A stretch of 37,550 bases of DNA from the IMG/VR virus record IMGVR_UViG_3300036796_000278, positions 1 to 37,550 of that record; one strand, written 5' to 3'. The translations under genes and the position numbers were made by a program. The notes beneath the pieces were generated by a model that was not told where the DNA came from, did not search any database, and saw only the letters and a list, made by a program, of their open reading frames with translations. How positions within the stretch are numbered: the stretch's first letter is position 1; the number at the start of each line of letters is the position of its first letter. The stretch comes from a virus. Taxonomy: Duplodnaviria; Caudoviricetes. Shown here in pieces: positions 18,713 to 26,310 of this stretch.

Positions 18713-19531
18713 TCACGCTACGGTTTGATCGCCGTAGCTCTTCTGATAGAACGCGCGAACCTGAGCAGATACACGCTCGTGGTCTGGGTGTTTGGCGTCC
18801 ATGTACGCCGGGGACTTCATCAGCTCGCGAATGCTCTGCTGCTCGCTCGGGTTAATTTCTCCGCCCGCTGGGGCATCTTCCTGCATTTCGGCACCAATCT
18901 TCGCAAGCATGCGAATAACCATTGGGTTATTGCCGATAACGTTGATATCGTCGCCCTGCTCTGCCAGCGAGTTAAACGCGCGATACGCCAGGCCAATGTT
19001 TTGCTTAAAATCAGCGTCCGTTTTCCACGTCTCGCGCAGTGCGGTTGTTGCCGCCTCTGCATCAAGCTCCGCTGAGCCTGTGGCAATCTGCTGGGCATTC
19101 TTCACGTATTCACCCAGGATGAAGCCCATCTGATCGTTGGTGATGCCCTTAGCGTGAGCGGCTTTGAGGAAACTTTGGGTTTCCGGAGCTGCCTTAAACT
19201 CATCCCACTTAAAGCCCTCTACCTCTACCGCTGGCGAATACTCATCGGCAGTTTTCGGCGCTGTACCAACGCCCCCCATGCGCTTCTCAAGCGCCACATG
19301 AGCCTCGGCCAGCTTACGGGCTGATTGCTCAACGTTAAGAGCGCCATCTTCGCCGCTGACACGGTATTTTTCCGGTAACCAATCATTCGCGCCCGCCTGT
19401 GCGCCTGTGCTGAGAACGGAGCCAGTACCAGGATTATTATCGCCACCAGTACCCGGATCATTTTCACCCCCTGCCGGTGCACCTTCCGCGCCCGGCTCTG
19501 CGTTCATGAATACGTGTTTAATCTTCCACAT
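18713..19531 (-). CDS. capsid scaffolding/assembly protein
   Basis: Acidic low-complexity N-terminus, WLPEKY, C-terminal SPAYMDAKHPDH; between portal and capsid. Confidence 0.8.
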   Translation of the reverse strand: MWKIKHVFMNAEPGAEGAPAGGENDPGTGGDNNPGTGSVLSTGAQAGANDWLPEKYRVSGEDGALNVEQSARKLAEAHVALEKRMGGVGTAPKTADEYSPAVEVEGFKWDEFKAAPETQSFLKAAHAKGITNDQMGFILGEYVKNAQQIATGSAELDAEAATTALRETWKTDADFKQNIGLAYRAFNSLAEQGDDINVIGNNPMVIRMLAKIGAEMQEDAPAGGEINPSEQQSIRELMKSPAYMDAKHPDHERVSAQVRAFYQKSYGDQTVA

Positions 19532-19751
19532 CGTCGTCTACTCCATCTGCCTTGTTGATTTGCATCAGAATGAAATCGAGCACAGAGCGCTGTCCGGCCC
19601 GGTAACACGTTTCGCGGTCGCCATCAGTACCGCCCTTTACGTATGCCTCACGCCCAAATCGGCGTGTTAGCTCATCGAGCACCTGCTGCCCGCCCGGCAT
19701 TTCCTCAAAAATGCGTTTGTAGTCCGCTGGCTCTGCCTGTTTGATTCTCAT
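19518..19751 (-). CDS. Bbp19-like small protein
   Basis: YKRIF...GQQVLDEL...F...ET.YRAGQRSVLDFI pattern directly after the portal. Confidence 0.7.
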   Translation of the reverse strand: MRIKQAEPADYKRIFEEMPGGQQVLDELTRRFGREAYVKGGTDGDRETCYRAGQRSVLDFILMQINKADGVDDDVED

Positions 19752-21373
19752 TAGCCACCTGCCAGTTTTCTGCCGAGTTCTGCCCCGGCTGTTTGTCCTG
19801 CTGCGCCTGCGGCTTCGCTGCCCGCCTGCATCATGAGTTGTTGCTGTGCCTGCTGTTGCTTGGTCTGCTGGCGCTGCTCGCGCACATCGGCCACTGCGTC
19901 AGACGAACGCATAACTTTTGCCGGAACGCCCAGCGCTTCGCCCACAACCCGGCTCGCTTCGTCGCTGTCCATGTTGTCCACGATATCCGGGTACGCCTGC
20001 GCCAGTTGCATGATGTTCTGGCCGTAACGCTCAATGGCCGTAACGTCCTCAAGCTTCTGTGCGCGCGCCAGAGGGGAGATGTAACGCACGTTGAAATTGG
20101 CGTTTTGCAGGCTTTCAGGCGGCTGCGGGAATACGCCAGCGCGGAATGCTATGCCGAAACAGCGTTCTACCAGTGGTTGCAAGTATTCAGCCTGGAAGCG
20201 GCCATACACCGGCCCCAGCAACTGGCGAATAAGTGCAACGCGCACATGCACTTCGGTTGCGGTCATTGCTGGCCCGTCCTGCGGTTGCAGCTGGTCGGCC
20301 ATCATGATTTTTCGGATAGATGCCTGCAGGCGATCTTCTGCGGAGAATGCGACGTTGAAATCTGCGCCGGTGAGCAACGGCTTCATGCTGTCGACGCTGT
20401 TTGCCACGATGATGCGGCGCGGGCCAACCTTGACGGTGCGAGGGTTAAGTACGCCATCGTCCTCTGCAATCCACATGCCGGAGATAGCCAGATCCTGCGC
20501 GGCTTTCTCCATGCGCTTAGTTTCGTTCAGCTCTTTGCAGTCGGGCAGCGCGTCGTACACCGGGCCGATGCCGTACGAACCGCCGGGGATTTTCATCCAG
20601 CGCGGCACGCAGCAAGGGAATTCGTGGTAACCAGATTCGCGCACAACCTGTTTGTTGCTAACGTCTACGTTGAACGACGCAAAGCGCATGTTCTTCGCCA
20701 GGCGGGCGTCGACAACGTAGTTATCGCGGGGAAAGATGCAGTGCAGGAATTCGAATTTATCGTCTGGCTTTTTGGCTGCGGCGTCGCGGATTTTGTCGCT
20801 TACCTTGTCCTTGCCAAACTCTTTAATCGCCTGCTCTGCGGTGAGCTGGTAGCAGCGGTAAATCGTGTCCACGATGCCGTCGCGGCGGGTGGAGGTAACG
20901 AAGCATTGTGCCAGCGGCCATTGCTGGAATGTGTAGCCTCCCTCTTCCTTGTCCTCGTCGACGTACAGCGCGAACCAGCCAGCGCACACAACATCGAGAT
21001 TGGCTTCGTAGCCCTCCGCGTCGAAGTTTGCAGCGTGGATATTTTCCCACACCAGCGTTGCGCAGGTGGAGAGCCAGGCTTTGGCGTCGTCCGGCAGTGA
21101 TTCGCTGTCGAGGTTGAGCCACTGCGCATTTGCTGGCGTCATGCCGGACATTAGCGCAGAGGCGAGCATGCGGGCGCTGTCGGTGGCTGTGCCGTCAAGT
21201 AGCTTAGCCACCTTGTGTTTTGCGCTCTGAACATCGAGAACGGTTTCGGAGAATCCAGCGCCGCGCAGCGGATAGGTGTAGTCGTAGCACTCGCGCCAGA
21301 CACTCTCATGCATCTGACGGTTGGCTTTTAGCGTTGCGGAACGCTTAATCAGCTTTACGGCGATATCATCCAC
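19751..21373 (-). CDS. portal (head-tail connector) protein
   Basis: 540 aa; PRW....SYGIGP, MTATEV, YISPLARAQ and Gln-rich C-terminus typical of T7/BPP-1-like portals. Confidence 0.93.
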   Translation of the reverse strand: MDDIAVKLIKRSATLKANRQMHESVWRECYDYTYPLRGAGFSETVLDVQSAKHKVAKLLDGTATDSARMLASALMSGMTPANAQWLNLDSESLPDDAKAWLSTCATLVWENIHAANFDAEGYEANLDVVCAGWFALYVDEDKEEGGYTFQQWPLAQCFVTSTRRDGIVDTIYRCYQLTAEQAIKEFGKDKVSDKIRDAAAKKPDDKFEFLHCIFPRDNYVVDARLAKNMRFASFNVDVSNKQVVRESGYHEFPCCVPRWMKIPGGSYGIGPVYDALPDCKELNETKRMEKAAQDLAISGMWIAEDDGVLNPRTVKVGPRRIIVANSVDSMKPLLTGADFNVAFSAEDRLQASIRKIMMADQLQPQDGPAMTATEVHVRVALIRQLLGPVYGRFQAEYLQPLVERCFGIAFRAGVFPQPPESLQNANFNVRYISPLARAQKLEDVTAIERYGQNIMQLAQAYPDIVDNMDSDEASRVVGEALGVPAKVMRSSDAVADVREQRQQTKQQQAQQQLMMQAGSEAAGAAGQTAGAELGRKLAGG

Positions 21374-21375
21374 GA

Positions 21376-21654
21376 TTAAGCCCCCAGGGAACGTTTAGTA
21401 CCGGCGGCCGTCGCGCCAGAGCCCAGCAAAGAACTACCAGAATCGGCCGAGCCATCAGAGCCGGTTGCCAGCAGGGAAGAACCCTGTTTACGCTTACGGC
21501 GCGATGCTGCGTCTGCGTTCGCTGCTTTTGCTGCGGCGTTCGCTGCGGCATCGGCTTCGGCCTGCGGGTCTGTGGTCTGCACGTCAGGCATTTTGTCTTT
21601 CGTGAAAAGACCAGCAGGATCCAGCGCTTTGTTGATATCAAATCCACCGCACAT
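21376..21654 (-). CDS. small virion assembly protein (T7 gp7.3-like position)
   Basis: MCGG start, Ala-rich helix, RRKRKQG, ends SLG immediately before the portal. Confidence 0.65.
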   Translation of the reverse strand: MCGGFDINKALDPAGLFTKDKMPDVQTTDPQAEADAAANAAAKAANADAASRRKRKQGSSLLATGSDGSADSGSSLLGSGATAAGTKRSLGA

Positions 21655-21664
21655 AGGTTTCTCC

Positions 21665-22084
21665 TTAGCCTGGGATGTGCCAGCCGTGCTCGGTCAGCAC
21701 AGGCTTACCAGTGACGGGTTGCTGCTTACCCTCTTCGTTCGTCACGTAGCCGTGTGGCACAGCTGGTGCGGCAGTGGTGGCTTTTTTGACGAGGGTGAGG
21801 AATTCGAGGTTGTTGGTCAGCGTCTGATCGGCAAGGTCGGTGAAGCCCAGGTCTTCAAAGCGAGCGATGATTGTTGCGGCCTGCTCGTTAAGTGTGGACA
21901 GGATGGCGTTGCGTTCGGCCTGTGCCGTGCCGTCCAGCAGGTCGGAAACCTTCTGCTGAATGTCGGTACTGTTGTCAGCGCCGCCGGTAACGACTTCGGC
22001 CTTGTCGTTATTGCTGGCCTGCTCGCCTGTGGTCGCCGTGGATTCCTGCCCCGGCAACTCAACTTGTTTGCGTGGTCGTGCCAT
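21665..22084 (-). CDS. hypothetical protein, first gene of the morphogenesis block
   Basis: 139 aa with AGGAG RBS. Confidence 0.7.
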   Translation of the reverse strand: MARPRKQVELPGQESTATTGEQASNNDKAEVVTGGADNSTDIQQKVSDLLDGTAQAERNAILSTLNEQAATIIARFEDLGFTDLADQTLTNNLEFLTLVKKATTAAPAVPHGYVTNEEGKQQPVTGKPVLTEHGWHIPG

Positions 22085-22115
22085 TGTGGTGACTCCTGGT
22101 GATTATGGAGTCGTG

Positions 22116-22149
22116 AGTGTGAAACGGGGTGGTGGTCGGAATCCCGACC
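22116..22149 (-). promoter_or_regulatory. late promoter candidate at the head of the morphogenesis block
   Basis: + strand ggtcggaatcccgacc at 22134-22149; CACACT hexamer at 22116-22121, 12-nt spacer. Confidence 0.75.
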
Positions 22150-22178
22150 AAATGGGAAATTTGTCAGAAAACGGGGCT

Positions 22179-22206
22179 ATTTAACATAATAGACCTTATC
22201 CGCACC
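22179..22206 (-). other. dif-like XerC/XerD recombination site
   Basis: Minus strand GGTGCGGATAA-GGTCTA-TTATGTTAAAT versus E. coli dif GGTGCGCATAA-TGTATA-TTATGTTAAAT: XerD arm 11/11, XerC arm 10/11, 6-bp spacer. Confidence 0.8.
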
Positions 22207-22357
22207 GCGGTAACACCGCCCATTTTAAAATGTCGCTGAACGGTCTATTTCTATGAGTAAAGTGCGAAAAACGACGTGAATAAAATGTGCATAAACAGGG
22301 CCGAAAAATGCATAGCCGAAAATTGGTCCGAAACGCCTGTTTTCGCAGTTTTGCCCG

Positions 22358-23413
22358 TTAGTCAGAATCCGGAGAATTCACCAGCTTAATCACCACTGTT
22401 GGCTCTTCATCTGGACTATTTCCCTTTCGCCGCAGCTCAACCTCTTGCTCAGCTCTCTCTGCCTCTGCCGCGCGCTTGCGAATTTCCAGCTCAAGAAGCT
22501 GACGAGCAAGATCGTTATTGTCTTTCCCGGTGCCAGTTCCTCGGGCAACGAGGAGTTTTGCCAGTTCACGGCGGGCAGCATCTTTATCTGCCGTGTTTAT
22601 CTCTATGCCGAACTTGCCCAGCTTTACGCCCTGCAGCAAAAAGCGGGCATCGCCTTCAACATCCCGCGTATCAGCAAAAAATGCCTCCCCTTTCCCCTCG
22701 CCGTTGCAACGAGGGCACTCAGGATTTGGATCGAAGTTGTCCACGAACCCTATGCCCCCGGAAAGGTCGGGAGGCGGCTTATTATCCTTCTCCGCCACCT
22801 TCTCCGCTGTCAGTTGCTCATCAAAATCACGCCACTGATATTTATGCCCGTCGCCCCAGCAGTACCGACAGTTAACACGCCTGTACTGCGCTATCTCGTT
22901 CGGGTCGGCGTTAATAATCGCGGTGAGCTGAGCTATCACATCATCCAGCTCTACCGCGTAACGTTTCTGGCGCTCATTTCGCAAATGATGCACGTAACGT
23001 GAAACCCTGGCATTTCTGAGCAATCGGCTGGCGTTTGAATATGCTGTTGCCCCCTCACCCAAATAACCAGCCAGGCGATAAGCATCTACGCGAGTCTTCC
23101 CGTCAACAACATGCTGAGCAAAAAGCATCTGCTGGTCGGAAAGATTAAAACTATCAAAATGTTCCGGCGCTGATGGATGGGGCGAAATTTTTCGCTCCTT
23201 TGCCGGCTGCACAGCTCGAGCATTATCAGCAGGCGTTTTTTTCGCAGTTTTTTCTTTCTGCGAATTCGCACCGCCGTTCGCAACCTTGATATAGCGCTTT
23301 GCGCTGGCGTAATTTAGTCCCTGCGCCTCACACCAGTCTTTGGGGGAAATACCGGATTTAGCATGGTCGGACAGGAACTGCCGCTGAAGCTCGCCCCAGT
23401 CCGTTCTTGCCAT
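22358..23413 (-). CDS. TerS-like DNA-binding protein with two HTH-like regions and CxxC motifs; possibly a regulator
   Basis: N-terminal HTH (ISPKDWCEAQGLNYASAKRY), TerS-type AYRLAGY...ASRLL, CRYC and CPRCNGEG; about 14.5 kb from terL. Confidence 0.7.
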   Translation of the reverse strand: MARTDWGELQRQFLSDHAKSGISPKDWCEAQGLNYASAKRYIKVANGGANSQKEKTAKKTPADNARAVQPAKERKISPHPSAPEHFDSFNLSDQQMLFAQHVVDGKTRVDAYRLAGYLGEGATAYSNASRLLRNARVSRYVHHLRNERQKRYAVELDDVIAQLTAIINADPNEIAQYRRVNCRYCWGDGHKYQWRDFDEQLTAEKVAEKDNKPPPDLSGGIGFVDNFDPNPECPRCNGEGKGEAFFADTRDVEGDARFLLQGVKLGKFGIEINTADKDAARRELAKLLVARGTGTGKDNNDLARQLLELEIRKRAAEAERAEQEVELRRKGNSPDEEPTVVIKLVNSPDSD

Positions 23414-23479
23414 TATCAGTCACCTATTAGCGAAAACATTATCGAAGCCCCTCGATGTGAAGAGCTTCTGTAATGCCCA

Positions 23480-23848
23480 TCAGTCTTTAAGGTACTCGTC
23501 GGTAGATAACACAATCTCACCCATCAGCAGCTCTGCATGGGTGCTGGTGACAATTACCGAATGGTGAGGGTGAACATTTTCAGCCAACCACTGAATAAGT
23601 GGCCGTGAAGCCGTTTCAAAACTCTTTTGCCTAGCTGCGGCCTTTTCTTCTGCGAAATAACCACCGCCCATGTTGTACCACTGCCAGCACTTACCGAACT
23701 CACGATTCAGATCGCCATCATTCAGACCATCGATGACTGCCAGATCAGACACCGCAGCTTCATGTTCAGGCTGGTAACCTTCGCCGATTGCCGTTCTGAT
23801 GTATTCGAGCATTTCTCCGCGAGGTGGTTTAAGTTGATTTTTGCTCAT
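23480..23848 (-). CDS. hypothetical protein
   Basis: Likely ATG at 23848 with AAGGA RBS; C-terminal RPLIQWLAENVHPHHSVIVTSTHAELL resembles a common small phage protein. Confidence 0.65.
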   Translation of the reverse strand: MSKNQLKPPRGEMLEYIRTAIGEGYQPEHEAAVSDLAVIDGLNDGDLNREFGKCWQWYNMGGGYFAEEKAAARQKSFETASRPLIQWLAENVHPHHSVIVTSTHAELLMGEIVLSTDEYLKD

Positions 23849-23973
23849 TATGCATTTCCTTTTAGACGTGAGCCTGTCGCACGGCAATACCGCCCGAGAG
23901 GTAACGGCATTACCCAGGCTCACTACTGAAAGACTCTCTGATGTGCGCGTGCGATGCGCAGCAAAAAGCCCCG

Positions 23974-24228
23974 CTAGTGCGAGGCCCGTGATTGCTCTGC
24001 TGTCCTGATATCTGCTTTATCCCGGTTACACTGCGCCAGCGTTGAAAGCAGCATGACGTTTAAATCCAGGCTTGCTCCCCATGTCATGGGATCAGGTATT
24101 GCGGGCTGCGGTGTGTCAGCCACCAGACTGGCCGGGATTGGAACCACCGGCACTTTGATGTAAACCGTTCGCGTAGTCGTGCAGCCGCTTAACTGCGCCA
24201 GCAGGCACAGGACGATTGCGGCAATCAT
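23974..24228 (-). CDS. o-spanin (Rz1-like lipoprotein), lysis cassette 1
   Basis: MIAAIVLCLLAQLSGC lipobox, Pro-rich, QCNRDK; overlaps Rz (ORF track extends to 24297). Confidence 0.8.
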   Translation of the reverse strand: MIAAIVLCLLAQLSGCTTTRTVYIKVPVVPIPASLVADTPQPAIPDPMTWGASLDLNVMLLSTLAQCNRDKADIRTAEQSRASH

Positions 24229-24508
24229 CGCCCGCAACAGCCAACTGGATGTCCCTCGCGGCTCCCGATGCGTCCAGTGCGATCTGCTCTTTGGCATGCT
24301 GATTGGCCTCTGTGATGGAGTTGAAAATTGAAACCGTCAGCAGGACGTTTGATGTGATGGTCTGAGCAGCATTAGCTTGCTGCACAGCAGAGTCTGCACG
24401 CTTTTGCTCTGCCAGATACTTACCGTGGTAGTGATTGGCTGACCAGATAAGACCACCAGCCAGGCAGCCCGCAAACACGAGAAAAAGCACTCGATAGCCG
24501 ATTGTCAT
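24116..24508 (-). CDS. i-spanin (Rz-like), lysis cassette 1
   Basis: N-terminal TM, coiled coil, DDCRNRPVP; ATGA overlap with the endolysin. Confidence 0.8.
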   Translation of the reverse strand: MTIGYRVLFLVFAGCLAGGLIWSANHYHGKYLAEQKRADSAVQQANAAQTITSNVLLTVSIFNSITEANQHAKEQIALDASGAARDIQLAVAGDDCRNRPVPAGAVKRLHDYANGLHQSAGGSNPGQSGG

Positions 24509-25029
24509 AAGCCGTCCAGGCAGAGTTTTCTCTCTGCACCACGGCGAGTTACCAGGCCGGGAAGCTTAACGCCGCCACCGTAAACCCAGCGCGGGAATTG
24601 TTCGCAGGCCAGGGTAACCTGCCCGCTACGCAACTGCTGAAAAAGCGTCGATTTCTGCATTGCGCCGCAGCCTACGTTAAACGTGATCGAAGTGACCGCA
24701 GAGAACGTGTTATCCGAAAGCTTTTTCCCGTTGCCGTAGCTGTTCACGCAGCGCTCGGCCACCAGAATATTTTTCTCCCAGTCAGCCGCTATTTGCTCAT
24801 CATTTTTTCGCGTTACCGGATTCACGCCGTGCGTGTTGCCGATGCCGTCAGTTATCACGCCTGCCGGGCAAACATACGGATCACGGCGGCATGATTCAGC
24901 GTTGCCGATTAACTCCAGGCCGCGCTCATTCGTCCGGACATGACCAGAATTTAACACAATGGCGATGATGGCGCCCACTGAGCAAACCACCCCACCAGCT
25001 GCGCCGGCCTTTTTAATCAATTGCGGCAT
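24505..25029 (-). CDS. SAR endolysin of P1 Lyz type (GH24)
   Basis: SAR helix containing Cys; RTNERGLELIGNAESCRRDPYVCPAGVITDGIGNT gives the E-x8-C-x5-T triad as in P1 Lyz. Confidence 0.92.
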   Translation of the reverse strand: MPQLIKKAGAAGGVVCSVGAIIAIVLNSGHVRTNERGLELIGNAESCRRDPYVCPAGVITDGIGNTHGVNPVTRKNDEQIAADWEKNILVAERCVNSYGNGKKLSDNTFSAVTSITFNVGCGAMQKSTLFQQLRSGQVTLACEQFPRWVYGGGVKLPGLVTRRGAERKLCLDGL

Positions 25030-25330
25030 AACGTCCTACCCTTTTTTCGGCTTCGGTTATAACTTCGGCAGTTGCTGGCCTTTCGCTTTCAGGTTTAGTC
25101 GCGGCCTGATGTAAATAGTCAGCGAGCAATTGGGTGCGTTTCTTTTCCTCTGCAATCCGTTCACTTTCTTCCCGGCGTTTTGCGTAATAGGTTTTTATCG
25201 TGAAAAATGCCGATATCACCGCGCCGATAATAAAGACGTAATCCTGCAGGCTGAGTAAAGAAAACAACCCGAGCGCGGTGGACCACCAGTAAGGCAGATT
25301 GTGACCGTCTGTAGGGTTCATACGTTGCAT
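25013..25330 (-). CDS. holin with dual-start motif (M-Q-R-M), lysis cassette 1
   Basis: Hydrophobic segments plus charged tail; GGAGG RBS; overlaps the endolysin start. Confidence 0.8.
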   Translation of the reverse strand: MQRMNPTDGHNLPYWWSTALGLFSLLSLQDYVFIIGAVISAFFTIKTYYAKRREESERIAEEKKRTQLLADYLHQAATKPESERPATAEVITEAEKRVGRYAAID

Positions 25331-25367
25331 TCCACACCTCCGGGTTCGGGGTGCTGTGTGAAGGGAA

Positions 25368-25397
25368 ATAAAAAGCCCCGGCAGTTAGCCAGGGCTT
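25368..25397 (-). terminator. terminator upstream of holin 1
   Basis: AAGCCCTGGC-TAACT-GCCGGGGCTT followed by TTTATTT. Confidence 0.65.
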
Positions 25398-25431
25398 AAA
25401 GGGATTAAGTTTTTTCGGTAGCTTCTAGCGA

Positions 25432-25794
25432 TTAATTGACGCTCGTTTTAATGCCCAGCAATGAAACCAAATCAACATCACGTGACTCTTTAGCCCCGTC
25501 ATTCATTGCCGTCAGAACAAACCCAAATGGATTATCTGCTCCGTCATGGACCGCATAGACGAATTTATGCTGCTCATCAGTTGCATCACAGCTTATCTCC
25601 CAATCATTGCCATTAGCTTTCGCACTTGAGCAATTCAAAGGCCCGTAGCTGTATGAAAGGTAGGATTCAAGCCTGCCCTGTGCATCAGAAACAAATTCTG
25701 GTTTTGACGAGAAATTGAAGGTAAGTGCAACACCAGCGACCACAGCAAAAACCAGCGCCAGTGCACTTAAAGACTGCTTCCGTGTCATTTTCAA
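25432..25794 (-). CDS. exported/membrane-anchored hypothetical protein (moron)
   Basis: Basic N-terminus plus hydrophobic helix, two Cys, followed by a terminator. Confidence 0.65.
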   Translation of the reverse strand: MKMTRKQSLSALALVFAVVAGVALTFNFSSKPEFVSDAQGRLESYLSYSYGPLNCSSAKANGNDWEISCDATDEQHKFVYAVHDGADNPFGFVLTAMNDGAKESRDVDLVSLLGIKTSVN

Positions 25795-25972
25795 TGCTCT
25801 GCATTATTTTGAAGAATTATCAGAATAACGCCTATTGCACAGATCGTCAATTTAGATTAAGAGCATTCGGCTGAGCACTGAGTAATGCGGTCGACAGGGC
25901 TGATAGTGCGATATCAGTTAAAACCCAGTGCTCATGCGAATGTATATTTTTGGCGATAAAACCGTTATCAAT

Positions 25973-26110
25973 TCAAGGGATAATCAGGAAATTATCCTCG
26001 TTGTATCGGTTATCTGGCTGTGACGTAATTTTTGAGAATACTGAGTAGTAAACTACGCCTGCGCCAACAAGACAGCAGCAAAATAAGAAGATAATAAGCC
26101 AATTCCTCAT
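25973..26110 (-). CDS. small membrane protein (45 aa, not in ORF track)
   Basis: MRNWLIIFLFCCCLVGAGVVYYSVFSKITSQPDNRYNEDNFLIIP with GGGGA upstream. Confidence 0.45.
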   Translation of the reverse strand: MRNWLIIFLFCCCLVGAGVVYYSVFSKITSQPDNRYNEDNFLIIP

Positions 26111-26234
26111 AGCGATACTTCCCCCATCCATGATGGAGCAAATAATAACCAACTATTTTTAAATGTAGGCTAAATACTGAGGCGCTTTCCAGTCACTCCG
26201 GGCAACCCCTTCATCGCAGACTGAAAAGCTTTGT

Positions 26235-26309
26235 TGGTCCGCCACCGGCGGCCTCGAACCTCGTACTACAACATCGTGGTTGTCGCTCTTCCTGATGAGC
26301 CAGTGGCGG
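26235..26309 (-). pseudogene. degenerate tRNA-Arg-like gene (argN-like)
   Basis: CCGCCAC...GTGGCGG-A-CCA acceptor, GCTC/GAGC D-arm, GGTTCGA T-loop; anticodon loop only 6 nt (CACGAT) and a mismatched T-stem. Confidence 0.6.
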
Positions 26310-26310
26310 T

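Noticed and set aside
19793-21100. 435-aa plus-strand ORF
   Set aside because: Antisense shadow of the portal gene; no recognisable motif or RBS
3919-22149. Dyad repeats as CRISPR, REP or terminator elements
   Set aside because: Dispersed over kilobases, no spacer array or cas genes, no U-tract; fixed spacing to -10-like hexamers fits promoters better
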